Under the pieces are notes generated by a model, which did not search any database, was not told the origin of the DNA, and saw nothing but the letters and a program-made list of their open reading frames with translations. Below are positions 52,453 to 61,266 of a stretch of DNA of 64,000 nt, in pieces. The first letter of the stretch is position 1, and each line of letters begins with the position of its first letter. The position numbers and the translations under genes are program-made. This stretch comes from Gemmatimonadales bacterium (GTDB lineage Bacteria; Gemmatimonadota; Gemmatimonadetes; Gemmatimonadales; GWC2-71-9): positions 187,398 to 251,397 of the forward strand of contig DASYEH010000014.1 in NCBI GenBank assembly GCA_036499125.1, in the 5' to 3' direction.

Positions 52453-54074
52453 TGGCCATCAAGGGTTCACTCAAGGAAGCGTCGCTCCCCGATGTCGTCC
52501 AGCTGCTTTTCCTGGGCCGGCGCACCGGCTGTCTTGCCGTCGCCAACGACCGGAACTTCGGCTCGATCTGGTTCGAGGAAGGATGGATCACCTTTGCCGG
52601 GATGGTCACGCGTCTCGACCGGATCGGCGAACGCCTGGTCGCGGCCGGCAAGTTGACGCCGGAACAACTCGACGCGGGCATGGCAGCGCACAGCGCCACC
52701 CCCGGCACGCGCCTCGGTGAGATGCTGGTGCATCTGGGTCATGTGACCGCCGGCGAGCTCGCTGCGGAACTCAAGCTGCAGGTCGAAGAGGCGGTGTACA
52801 CGCTCTTCAGCTGGACCAGCGGCACCTTCTCCTTTGAAGTGGGCGCGCGGCCTGATACACCGGATGTCGCGCTGCGACTCAATCCCGAAGGCCTGCTGCT
52901 CGAAGGCGCACGCCGCGTGGACGAGTGGAGCATCATCGCCAAGAAGATCACGACCGTCGAGGCCGTCTACGGGTTCGAGGGCGAGGCAATGACGCCGCCG
53001 GTTGGCGATGCACCGGTGATGGAGTCGGAGCGCCGCGTGATGCCGTTCATCAATGGCGTCAACACCGTGCGCGAGATCGTCGATCAGACCGGATTGAGCG
53101 AGTTCGAAGTGTGTCGGGTGCTCTTTGGCCTGCTGTCTGCGGGGCGGCTCCGGCGCCTGGCAACAGCGCCACCGCCGCCGCCGCGCGAAGATCTTTCCCG
53201 CGTCGACGAGCATCGCAATCTCGGCATCGCCTTCTATCGGACCGGGATGTACACCGAATCCGAGCGGGAGTTCCGCCGCGTCGCGGAACTGCGGCCTACC
53301 GATGCGATCGCGCCATTTCACCTCGGCGGCATCGCGCTGCGGCAGGCCCGCTGGCAGGACGCCGTCGACCAGCTCCATCGCGCGGCCGAGCGTGACGGCG
53401 GCCGCGTGGCCGTGGTACACAATCTGGCGTTGGCGCTCGAAGCCGCCGGGCGGCTGGACGAGGCCGACGCGGTGCTGGTCGCCACTGTGCAGCGTCATCA
53501 TCACGACGCACGCCTCTGGACCGCGTGGGGATTGCTTGCCTTGCGCCGCAACGAAGCACCGCAGGCGTTGGAACGTTTTGCGCGCGCTCGCGACCTGCTG
53601 GGTCAGGAGACGCCACCGGCGCGCTGGTTCTGGGGATGCGGCTGGGCACAGGCATTGTCCGAAGCGTGGCCCGATGCGATCGGTACGGTGCGGGAAGGGG
53701 TCAACGCGTATCCCGATCATCCGGTGCTTCGCACCACCCTTGCCGTGTTGCTCGAAGGATCTGGTGAAGTCGGAGAAGCCGAGGCGCACTTGCGTCATGC
53801 GCTCGGAGAAGAGCCGACCATTCCACAGATTTCCAAGAATCTCGGTGACTTGCTCTATCGCGCAGGACGTTGGGACGAAGCGGAAGAATCGTACGATCGC
53901 GCCACCCGGCTCGCGCCGACGCTCGGGGACGACATCTACTTCAAGCTGGGCAACCTGGCGTGTCGGCGCGGCGATCTGGTGACGGCTCGGCGGCACTGGG
54001 AGCAGGCGGTGACGCTGAATCCCGAGCACGCACTCGCGCGTGCGAACCTTGCCGGATCGGGCACCGCCGCATGA
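52452..54074 (+). CDS. PATAN/DUF4388 domain (with helical insertion) fused to a C-terminal TPR array
   Basis: TGATG overlap (alternative start 52443). MAIKGSLKEASLPDVVQLLFLGRRTGCLAV is the DUF4388 signature. A helical insert (RLGEMLVHLGHVTAGELAAELKLQ) is followed by at least 6 TPR-like units. Confidence 0.7.
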   Translation: MAIKGSLKEASLPDVVQLLFLGRRTGCLAVANDRNFGSIWFEEGWITFAGMVTRLDRIGERLVAAGKLTPEQLDAGMAAHSATPGTRLGEMLVHLGHVTAGELAAELKLQVEEAVYTLFSWTSGTFSFEVGARPDTPDVALRLNPEGLLLEGARRVDEWSIIAKKITTVEAVYGFEGEAMTPPVGDAPVMESERRVMPFINGVNTVREIVDQTGLSEFEVCRVLFGLLSAGRLRRLATAPPPPPREDLSRVDEHRNLGIAFYRTGMYTESEREFRRVAELRPTDAIAPFHLGGIALRQARWQDAVDQLHRAAERDGGRVAVVHNLALALEAAGRLDEADAVLVATVQRHHHDARLWTAWGLLALRRNEAPQALERFARARDLLGQETPPARWFWGCGWAQALSEAWPDAIGTVREGVNAYPDHPVLRTTLAVLLEGSGEVGEAEAHLRHALGEEPTIPQISKNLGDLLYRAGRWDEAEESYDRATRLAPTLGDDIYFKLGNLACRRGDLVTARRHWEQAVTLNPEHALARANLAGSGTAA

Positions 54075-54907
54075 GCGACGACCTGATGGAACCGTTGGAG
54101 CGCGAGTTCGCGCGGCTGAAGGAAGTGATTGCTGCCGGGCCGCCGCCAGCAGAACGAGGCGCCGTGCGCGCCGAGATCGTCGCTTTGTTCCGGCGGACTG
54201 AGGTGGCCGTCGCCGAGCTCACCGGATTCAAGGAGCGGATCCGCGAGCTGGTCGACGCCGTCAAGGCGCTTCCCGACGCGCCCGCTATATCGGTTCGCCA
54301 CGATCATATCGGCGCGTCCACTCATATCGAACGCGGCTGGAGCGCGATTGCCTCGGGCGACTGGGCGATGGCCCAGCGTGAGCTGCAAACGGCCGCGTCG
54401 CTCGATGGTACCAACGTGGTGGCGCCGGCGCTGCTCGGCTGGGCGCTCATGTACGAGAATCGTTATGACGAAGCGCTCCAGATCTGCCTGCAGGTGCTCC
54501 TCCGCGAGCCAGAACAGGGGCTCGCCCGTGTGGCGGTCGGGGCGATCTGCCTGCGCAAGGGGATCGTCGGCGAGGCGATCGAACACCTCTCTCGCGCACT
54601 GGCTCGGTCAACTGATGCCCGAGTCTCGTTGTACGCGAACTTCTGGCTCGGCGCGGCGTATCTCGAGCGGGAGATGCACAACGATGCCATCGAGTTCCTG
54701 CGTCGCGCCGTGTCGCTGGGGCCCAACCTCGCGGAAGGATGGACCGAGCTCGGCCGCGCGCTCTGGCTTCGCGGGCGGCACGCCGAGGCCAATGAAGCCT
54801 GGCAGGTCGGGGCCGGAATCCGCCATTCGCCGCATGCCCGCCGGTGCAGCGAGTTGATTGCGCTTGTTGCTGGGGGAGGGACGCCGCCACGTTCGCCCTT
54901 CGCCTGA
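54071..54907 (+). CDS. Coiled-coil plus TPR-repeat protein
   Basis: ATGA overlap. Internal ATG 54071 of ORF 53870..54907. TPR-like units (WAMAQRELQTAASLD, YDEALQICLQVLLREP, GEAIEHLSRAL, HNDAIEFLRRAVSLGP, HAEANEAWQ). Confidence 0.6.
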   Translation: MSDDLMEPLEREFARLKEVIAAGPPPAERGAVRAEIVALFRRTEVAVAELTGFKERIRELVDAVKALPDAPAISVRHDHIGASTHIERGWSAIASGDWAMAQRELQTAASLDGTNVVAPALLGWALMYENRYDEALQICLQVLLREPEQGLARVAVGAICLRKGIVGEAIEHLSRALARSTDARVSLYANFWLGAAYLEREMHNDAIEFLRRAVSLGPNLAEGWTELGRALWLRGRHAEANEAWQVGAGIRHSPHARRCSELIALVAGGGTPPRSPFA

Positions 54908-55794
54908 TCGTTGCGCTCGCCCAGCTCGCGGCTCCGCTTCCAGAGCGGCGCATCGAGGTGGGCGACGTGACAGTGATTGCCGACCAGGCTCATATCGGCT
55001 TGGCCACCTCGCTCGGCGAGGCCGCCGATGTACCGCATGACTGGATTGGCCTCGGGCGTCTCGATGCCGGGCGGCAGACCATCGTTCTGGTCACCGATCA
55101 ACGCGATTTCGCGCGGGTCTCGCATGGCAGGATTCCCAGCTGGGGCGCTGGTGCGACCTTTCCGGGGAGTCACCTGATCATCATCCGGCTCGACGGCGGC
55201 GACCCGTTCCAGACGCTGGCCCACGAGCTCGCGCACGTGGCGCTGCACCAATCGGTGCATCAGCGGGTGCCGCTCTGGTTTGACGAGGGGTACGCGGTGG
55301 TGGCAGCGCATGAGTATGGCCGTTTTGCCGCCTTGCGTCTCAACCTTGCCGTGGCGATGGGCCGGGTGCCGGAACTGCGGGCGCTCGATGCGGCGTTAAG
55401 GGGAACGGATACCGAGGCCGAGTCTGCCTACGCCCTGGCCGGGTCGGCGGTGGCCGAGTTGGGGCGCCGGAGCCGGAATGGCCAGTTGAGCGAGTTCATG
55501 GCGCTGCTGCGGGCCGGACTTCCCTTTGATGAGGCCGTCCGGCGTGGCACGGGCCTCACGGTCGATCAGTTTGAGGAGCGTTGGATCGCGTCGGTCCGAT
55601 CGCACTACAACTGGCTTGTCTGGCTGGCTACCGGGGGGATGTGGTTGATCGTGGCCTTGGGGCTCAGCGTTGCGGCGGCGTCGCGAAAGCGGCGAGAAGC
55701 CCCTCGGCGGGCGGCCCTGGACCAGGGGTGGCCGGAGCCGGTCGAAGATGACGAAACGATTACGATTGAAGCTGTTGGACCACCTTCAACTTGA
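54844..55794 (+). CDS. MA-clan zinc-metallopeptidase-like protein (HELAH-x16-E) with C-terminal TM anchor
   Basis: HELAHVALH at 55222-55236 and the Glu of WFDEGYA at 55285. C-terminal helix LVWLATGGMWLIVALGLSVAAA. Start uncertain (ORF start 54844 overlaps the upstream gene by 64 nt). Confidence 0.6.
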   Translation: MQRVDCACCWGRDAATFALRLIVALAQLAAPLPERRIEVGDVTVIADQAHIGLATSLGEAADVPHDWIGLGRLDAGRQTIVLVTDQRDFARVSHGRIPSWGAGATFPGSHLIIIRLDGGDPFQTLAHELAHVALHQSVHQRVPLWFDEGYAVVAAHEYGRFAALRLNLAVAMGRVPELRALDAALRGTDTEAESAYALAGSAVAELGRRSRNGQLSEFMALLRAGLPFDEAVRRGTGLTVDQFEERWIASVRSHYNWLVWLATGGMWLIVALGLSVAAASRKRREAPRRAALDQGWPEPVEDDETITIEAVGPPST

Positions 55795-55826
55795 CCGTAT
55801 TCGGTCTGGGCACTAGGCTCCCCGCT

Positions 55827-56018
55827 ATGCCACCAACAGTGTCGAATCTCGAAGCTCGCGCGTCGCTCTTTACGCGTCGCAACCTGCTACTGATTGGCGT
55901 GGCGATTTTGACGATCGCCGCCGGGTACGCAGTGCTTGTCCACGGAGCGGCCAGTGCGGCGTCCGTGCTGCTCGTGATCGGTTATTGCGTGCTTTTTCCG
56001 CTGGCGCTCATCATCTGA
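55827..56018 (+). CDS. Small two-TM membrane protein (DUF3098-like?)
   Basis: Internal ATG of ORF 55791..56018. RRNLLLIGVAILTIAAGYAVLV and a second hydrophobic helix. Family call tentative. Confidence 0.4.
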   Translation: MPPTVSNLEARASLFTRRNLLLIGVAILTIAAGYAVLVHGAASAASVLLVIGYCVLFPLALII

Positions 56019-56022
56019 TGCA

Positions 56023-56096
56023 GGGCGAATAGCTCAGCTGGTTAGAGCGCCTGCCTTACACGCAGGATGTCGGGGGTTCGAATCCCTCTTCGCCCA
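56023..56096 (+). tRNA. tRNA-Val (anticodon TAC)
   Basis: Hand-folded: acceptor GGGCGAA/TTCGCCC, D arm GCTC-AGCTGGTTA-GAGC, anticodon arm CCTGC-CTTACAC-GCAGG, T arm GGGGG-TTCGAAT-CCCTC, discriminator A. Confidence 0.9.
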
Positions 56097-56152
56097 TCGC
56101 CAGCGTCGATGCATGATGCGTCGGCCAACTCAGCAAGGCTCGGTGCGGATCC

Positions 56153-57943
56153 ATGATTTCACTCTTGGGGGTTCTCGGGATGTTGCAACAGGTAATCTCG
56201 GTGGCATTGGTCACGTTCGTCGCGGCGACACCGCCGGCTGTCTCGCAAGGCATCGCGCCAGGCGCCTGCGTGACTTGCACGACCATCTCGGTCCCCGCAG
56301 AGCGCGTGCTGGTTGCGACGCCCTACACGTCCAACTCGGCTGACTCGGCCAACGCTGTGCATCTGGGATACGCCCTGCGCGATCGCATTGCCAAGAATAT
56401 CGATGGCGGGACATGGCGAGTGATCACGACGCAGGAGATGAACACCAACCTGATGACGTCCGGATACAGCAAGGACGCGCTGTTGCCGCCCGACGTGGCG
56501 ATGCAGCTGGCGCACCTGACGTCCAGGATGTTCGTGATGACAACGCTGGCGAAGGCGGCGGATGGAACCTACAACGCCACCATGCGGGTGATTTCGCTCC
56601 CCGGCGATGCGGGCTACGTCGTGCGCTTGCCGCAAGCGCCCAACCAGTCCTTTGCCGATTGGGGCAACAAGCTGGGCGACCAGGCAAATATCGTGTTCAA
56701 GGCCTTCGCTGACGCCAAGCAGTGCCTCTCCAACGAGACCGCTGCACCAGCCAAGGCCGTCGATGCCGCCAACCACGCGCTCAAGACACTGCCCAACTAT
56801 GGTCTGGCAGAATATTGCCTCGGTGAAATGGCGCAGGCCAAGGATTCAGGCTCGGTCGACGCGCAGCAGCACTTCCGTAACGCGCTGACTGGCGACCCGC
56901 TGTCGCTGCGCGCGGTGCAGAGCATTGCGGCGATTGATCTCAAGCGCAATGACTCGACTGCCGTCGTCAACGACTTCAAGCAGATGATCACGATTGCGCC
57001 GACCGATCGCGCCATTGCCGATCGTGCCTGGAAGGTCTTCTCGGCGTTTGGTCGCCCCGACGCTGCCAACGAAGTGGTTGCCCAGCAGATCGCCCTCGAT
57101 CCGACGGACCCTGACTGGCCGGACCTCAAGGGCAACTCGTGCATGATTGCCGCAGGCGACCAGAAGGATCCCGCCGTGGCCACGGCAAAATATGCCTGTG
57201 CATACGAGGCGTTCCAGACGGTGGTCAAGCTCGACCCGGCCCGGGCCGATACCGATTTCTTCGCCAAGATCATCTACGTTGCGCCGACCTCGCAGGACTC
57301 ACTCGTCTGGGTCAAGCACTACGTCGACAAGTACCCGAGCAGCACCGACCCGCTCAAGATCGAAGCGCAGATCTACGTGGCGCAGGGGCAGCTCGACTCA
57401 GCCGTCAAGGTGGTCAACCTGCTGGTCCGGATTGATCCGACTGACGCCAAGCCGGTGCTGATCGTGGCCAACGCCATGATCGATGCGAAGCACCCGGAAG
57501 CGGTGCTCCAGTTCGTACCGTACTTCCAGAAGGGCGCGTCGGACAATGACAAGAACCAGTTCGTCGGCTTGCTGATCAACAAGGTGCTGCAGCCGATGGC
57601 TACGTCGACTCCGCGGCCTGATTCGTCGCTGATCACCTTCGGGCAGGCGATCATCGCTATTGCGCCGACAGGGGCGAATCTGCTCATATACGCGAACTAC
57701 TACGTGGCCATTGGCCTCGCGGACCAGCTGAAGCCGCTATCGGACGCACTCCGGGCGAACAAGACATGCGAAGCCGCCAAGGCCGAGGACACGTTGCTGA
57801 CCAGCCTTGAGGCCGCCGCTGCGGTCGCCGCCACCAGCACGACCGAGGGGATTGCGACTTTCGGCAAGAACTACATCACGAACCTTCCGCCCGAGCACAC
57901 CTTCGTGCGGGACATGATGACCAAGGAGCTGAAGTGCCCGTGA
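56153..57943 (+). CDS. Secreted helical-repeat (TPR-like) protein of unknown function, compositionally atypical
   Basis: 596-aa ORF with a hydrophobic N-terminus (VISVALVTFVAATPPAVSQG). Lys/Asn/Asp/Thr-rich and Arg-poor relative to its neighbours. Helical repeats (ALDPTDPDW, KLDPARAD, RIDPTDAKP). Confidence 0.55.
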   Translation: MISLLGVLGMLQQVISVALVTFVAATPPAVSQGIAPGACVTCTTISVPAERVLVATPYTSNSADSANAVHLGYALRDRIAKNIDGGTWRVITTQEMNTNLMTSGYSKDALLPPDVAMQLAHLTSRMFVMTTLAKAADGTYNATMRVISLPGDAGYVVRLPQAPNQSFADWGNKLGDQANIVFKAFADAKQCLSNETAAPAKAVDAANHALKTLPNYGLAEYCLGEMAQAKDSGSVDAQQHFRNALTGDPLSLRAVQSIAAIDLKRNDSTAVVNDFKQMITIAPTDRAIADRAWKVFSAFGRPDAANEVVAQQIALDPTDPDWPDLKGNSCMIAAGDQKDPAVATAKYACAYEAFQTVVKLDPARADTDFFAKIIYVAPTSQDSLVWVKHYVDKYPSSTDPLKIEAQIYVAQGQLDSAVKVVNLLVRIDPTDAKPVLIVANAMIDAKHPEAVLQFVPYFQKGASDNDKNQFVGLLINKVLQPMATSTPRPDSSLITFGQAIIAIAPTGANLLIYANYYVAIGLADQLKPLSDALRANKTCEAAKAEDTLLTSLEAAAAVAATSTTEGIATFGKNYITNLPPEHTFVRDMMTKELKCP

Positions 57944-58003
57944 TGGCGGGCACCCCTCGCGTCTGGTAATCGATCCGATTAGCTTCGCGTCCGGTTGGTG
58001 TGA

Positions 58004-58077
58004 GGGGTTGTAGCTCAGTTGGTTAGAGTGCCGCACTGTCACTGCGGAGGTCGCGGGTTCGAGCCCCGTCAGCCCCG
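58004..58077 (+). tRNA. tRNA-Asp (anticodon GTC)
   Basis: Hand-folded: acceptor GGGGTTG/CAGCCCC, D arm GCTC-AGTTGGTTA-GAGT, anticodon arm CCGCA-CTGTCAC-TGCGG, T arm GCGGG-TTCGAGC-CCCGT, discriminator G. Confidence 0.9.
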
Positions 58078-58082
58078 TATTA

Positions 58083-58117
58083 CACCCCGTCCGATGTCGG
58101 ACGGGGTGCTCTGTTTT
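58083..58117 (+). terminator. Rho-independent terminator after tRNA-Asp
   Basis: caccccgtccg-atgt-cggacggggtg (11-bp GC-rich stem) followed by ctctgtttt. Confidence 0.65.
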
Positions 58118-58127
58118 CCGGGACCCC

Positions 58128-59042
58128 ATGGTTGACCTGCCACGCCACCTTCCCGTCCTTCTCGACCCGATCCTCGAGCGCGCCCGAGGGGCAGGGCGGG
58201 TCGTCGACGCGACGCTCGGCCATGGTGGCCACGCGGAGGCGTTCCTGGCCGCTGGCGCCTCTGTGCTGGGAATCGACCGTGATCCCGATGCCATTGCCAC
58301 TGCCCGGGCCCGCCTCGGCGACAGCCAGATCACCTACCTGCAGCGTCCCTACGCCAGCGACGAGGTAATCCAGGCGGTAACGGCCTTTCGTCCCGATTTC
58401 GTGCTGCTTGATCTGGGCGTCTCATCCCGACAACTCGACCAGGCCGATCGGGGCTTCACCTTTCGCGAGGGCGCCCCGCTCGACATGCGCATGGGTCCGG
58501 ACGCCCCAACCGCAGCTGAATGGCTGGCCGGCGTGGAGGACGAGGAACTGGTCATGGTCCTCCGGAACTACGCCGATGAGCCCAAGGCGCGGCGACTGGC
58601 GCGCGAGATCGTGCGCCGGCGCGCGACAGCGCCATTCCAGATCAGCGACGACCTGGTCAACGCCATCCGCGCGGCCCTGGGCCCCCGGAGCGGCCCCGGC
58701 GACTTCGCCCGGATCTTCCAGGCGGTCCGCATCGCCGTCAACGACGAACTCGAGGGTCTGGCCGTGGCGTTGCCGGCATTTCGCGACGCGCTCCGGCCTG
58801 ATGGAACCCTTGCCGTGATCAGCTATCATTCAGGCGAAGATCGGCTCGTCAAGGGAGCCTTCCGGGCCTGGGCAGAGGGTTGCACCTGTCCGCCCGGGTT
58901 GCCGCAATGCATCTGCGGTACGGTCCCTCTTGGTGTGTCCGAACCTCGCAAGGCCATCATCCCGCTCGCGGCGGAGGTGGCCGGCAATCCACGGGCCCGC
59001 AGCGCCAAGCTGCGCTTCTTCCGAGTCCAACATGCAGGTTAG
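58128..59042 (+). CDS. rsmH: 16S rRNA (cytosine1402-N4)-methyltransferase
   Basis: HLPVLLDPILE, DATLGHGGHAEA, GIDRDPDAI, LLDLGVSSRQLD, RGFTF, ISYHSGEDRLVK. First gene of the dcw cluster. Confidence 0.92.
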   Translation: MVDLPRHLPVLLDPILERARGAGRVVDATLGHGGHAEAFLAAGASVLGIDRDPDAIATARARLGDSQITYLQRPYASDEVIQAVTAFRPDFVLLDLGVSSRQLDQADRGFTFREGAPLDMRMGPDAPTAAEWLAGVEDEELVMVLRNYADEPKARRLAREIVRRRATAPFQISDDLVNAIRAALGPRSGPGDFARIFQAVRIAVNDELEGLAVALPAFRDALRPDGTLAVISYHSGEDRLVKGAFRAWAEGCTCPPGLPQCICGTVPLGVSEPRKAIIPLAAEVAGNPRARSAKLRFFRVQHAG

Positions 59043-59313
59043 AGGACGCTACCTCATTGCAGTCTGGACGGTGGTCTTCGCCGCAGCGTTTGTGGTGATC
59101 ATTCGCCGTGACCACAATGGCTGGGCTACGCGTCGCGCGATCGACGACGCCGAGAAGAACATTCGCAAGCTGCAGAGCCTGCGCCAGGTGTATGAAGGGG
59201 AGATCTTCAATCTCACCAGCCCCGAGGTGCTGCAACCCAAGGCGGAGGCGCTCGGCCTGCATATCGTGTCGGATTCCGATTTCATCCAGCTCTCGATTCC
59301 GGCGCCCCACTGA
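59032..59313 (+). CDS. ftsL: Cell division protein FtsL-like
   Basis: Internal ATG 59032 of ORF 58930..59313. Single TM (YLIAVWTVVFAAAFVVII) plus a coiled-coil. The position between rsmH and ftsI is canonical. Confidence 0.55.
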   Translation: MQVRGRYLIAVWTVVFAAAFVVIIRRDHNGWATRRAIDDAEKNIRKLQSLRQVYEGEIFNLTSPEVLQPKAEALGLHIVSDSDFIQLSIPAPH

Positions 59314-61266
59314 ATGGCGAAGGTGGCAACCCGGGTGGCATTCCTGCAGGGAGTGCTGGGCCTCGCCGCCGTGGTCGTCGTGGTGCGGAGCTTTCAGGTG
59401 CAACTGCTGCAACATTCGATCTGGGTAGCGCGGGTCAACGAGCGGCGTTCGGAAAATATTCCGGTGCGCGCCCAGCGCGGACGGATCCTCGACCGCAACG
59501 GCCGCACGCTCGCGATGAGCGAGGAACAGTATCACCTCTCGATCGCCCTCAATGAAGTGCGTGACACCGCTGCGTTGCGCGACATGCTGGTACGCCAGCT
59601 CAGCCTGAAGCCGGCCCGGGTGCTCACGGTGCTGAAGGCGCGTTACCCCTATTTCTACGGTCCGTTCACGGCGGACCAGATTGACCACCTGCGCAGCGTC
59701 CATGGCGTGCATGTCGAGCCGGTCTATAACCGGGTGTATCCGGTGGAGTCACTCGCTGACCGGCTCCTCGGCCGGCTCGACCAGAATGGTGAGCATGGCG
59801 TCGAAGGCATCGAAAAGTCCGAGGACTCGCTGCTGCAAGGGACGCCCGGTGTCGAGCACTACCTGCTCGATGCCCGGGGTACCCAGTTGCGCGCCCCCGA
59901 CGCGCACGACGTCAAGCCGGTGGCCGGCAACGATATCTACCTGACCATCGACGCTGACCTGCAGGGCATTGTTGAGGGAGCGCTGCGGCGAGCCGTGAGC
60001 CAATCTGGCGCGCTGGGCGGCGACATGGTCATCATCAACGCCCACACGGGTGAAATCCTCGCCGTCGCGTCGTTGCGGACGGACTCCGGCCGCCGCCTCG
60101 TCTCGACGTCGTCAGCGATCGTCGAACCGAATGAGCCCGGATCAACCTCGAAGATCTTTACCGTGGCGGCCATGCTGCGGGATCGCGTTGATACCACGCC
60201 GGTCCCCGGCTGGGGCGGTCATTGGATGATGGACGTCGGTGGCGGCGTGCGTCGGCCGCTCGACGACGTGGACAAGCGGGATGGACTGGTGACCCTGGGT
60301 GAAACGGTCAAGTATTCGAGCAACATCGCAATCTCCCAATACGCCATGCGGCTCACCCCCGCTCAGCAGTTCGGGACCATCCGTGATTTCGGATTCGGGA
60401 CACCTCTTGCATTGAACTTTCCGGGCGAGGCACCGGGGCTACTCCGGCGCCCGGCGTTGTGGCCGAACCGCCGCTATACCCAGCCCTCGCTTGGCATGGG
60501 ATACGAATGGGAAGCGACCGCAGTCCAGCTGGCTGCCGGGTATGGTGCGATCGCAAACGGTGGCGTGCTGATGGCCTCGTCGCTGCTGGCCGCCGTCCGC
60601 GACAATCGTGGTCGGCTGATCTGGCGGCTCGCACCGGACACGCTGCGGCGCGCGGTGCCCGATTCGATCGCGCATCACCTGCTTGACTATCTCGCGCTGG
60701 TCACCGACAGCGGTGGCACGGGACGGAAGGGGCAACTCGACCGTGCCAAGCTGGTCGGCAAGACCGGGACCGCGCAGCGGCGTCTCGCTGGCGGTGGCTA
60801 CCGCTCGTCGTTCGTCGCGATCTATCCGCGCGATCACCCGCAGGCGGTCGTTTACGTGATGGTCGACCGGCCGACGGCATCTGGGAAGTTTTATGGCGGC
60901 GACGTCGCCGCGCCGATTGTGCGCACCGTGGTCCAGCAGGCACTCGTGTCGATCGCCAGCCCGCTCGACCGGCGCGACCTCACCGCCTCCGCCGCGATTG
61001 CCAGTGCGCGACCCGTTGAGGTGAGTGAACCGATCGACGTGCATGCCGTCGCGTGGCCGGCGCCCGCAGTTGTGCGCGACGCGGCGCGGGAGGAAATTCC
61101 CACCGTCGACGGTCGCTCGCTCCGGGATGCGATCGTGGCGCTGGAGCGCGCCGGCTTTGCCGTGCGGCTGACCGGGCGCGCGCAAGTGCGCGGGACGTTG
61201 CCGGCCGCCGGCGATTCATTGGCGCGCGGATCGACCGTCACCCTTCTTGCGGACTCACTGCCGTGA
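59314..61266 (+). CDS. ftsI: Penicillin-binding protein (FtsI-type class B transpeptidase) with C-terminal PASTA-like domain
   Basis: N-terminal anchor, dimerisation domain, STSK (SxxK), SSN, KTGT. C-terminus IPTVDGRSLRDAIVALERAGFAVRLTGRAQVRGTLPAAGDSLARGSTVTLL resembles PASTA. Confidence 0.9.
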   Translation: MAKVATRVAFLQGVLGLAAVVVVVRSFQVQLLQHSIWVARVNERRSENIPVRAQRGRILDRNGRTLAMSEEQYHLSIALNEVRDTAALRDMLVRQLSLKPARVLTVLKARYPYFYGPFTADQIDHLRSVHGVHVEPVYNRVYPVESLADRLLGRLDQNGEHGVEGIEKSEDSLLQGTPGVEHYLLDARGTQLRAPDAHDVKPVAGNDIYLTIDADLQGIVEGALRRAVSQSGALGGDMVIINAHTGEILAVASLRTDSGRRLVSTSSAIVEPNEPGSTSKIFTVAAMLRDRVDTTPVPGWGGHWMMDVGGGVRRPLDDVDKRDGLVTLGETVKYSSNIAISQYAMRLTPAQQFGTIRDFGFGTPLALNFPGEAPGLLRRPALWPNRRYTQPSLGMGYEWEATAVQLAAGYGAIANGGVLMASSLLAAVRDNRGRLIWRLAPDTLRRAVPDSIAHHLLDYLALVTDSGGTGRKGQLDRAKLVGKTGTAQRRLAGGGYRSSFVAIYPRDHPQAVVYVMVDRPTASGKFYGGDVAAPIVRTVVQQALVSIASPLDRRDLTASAAIASARPVEVSEPIDVHAVAWPAPAVVRDAAREEIPTVDGRSLRDAIVALERAGFAVRLTGRAQVRGTLPAAGDSLARGSTVTLLADSLP

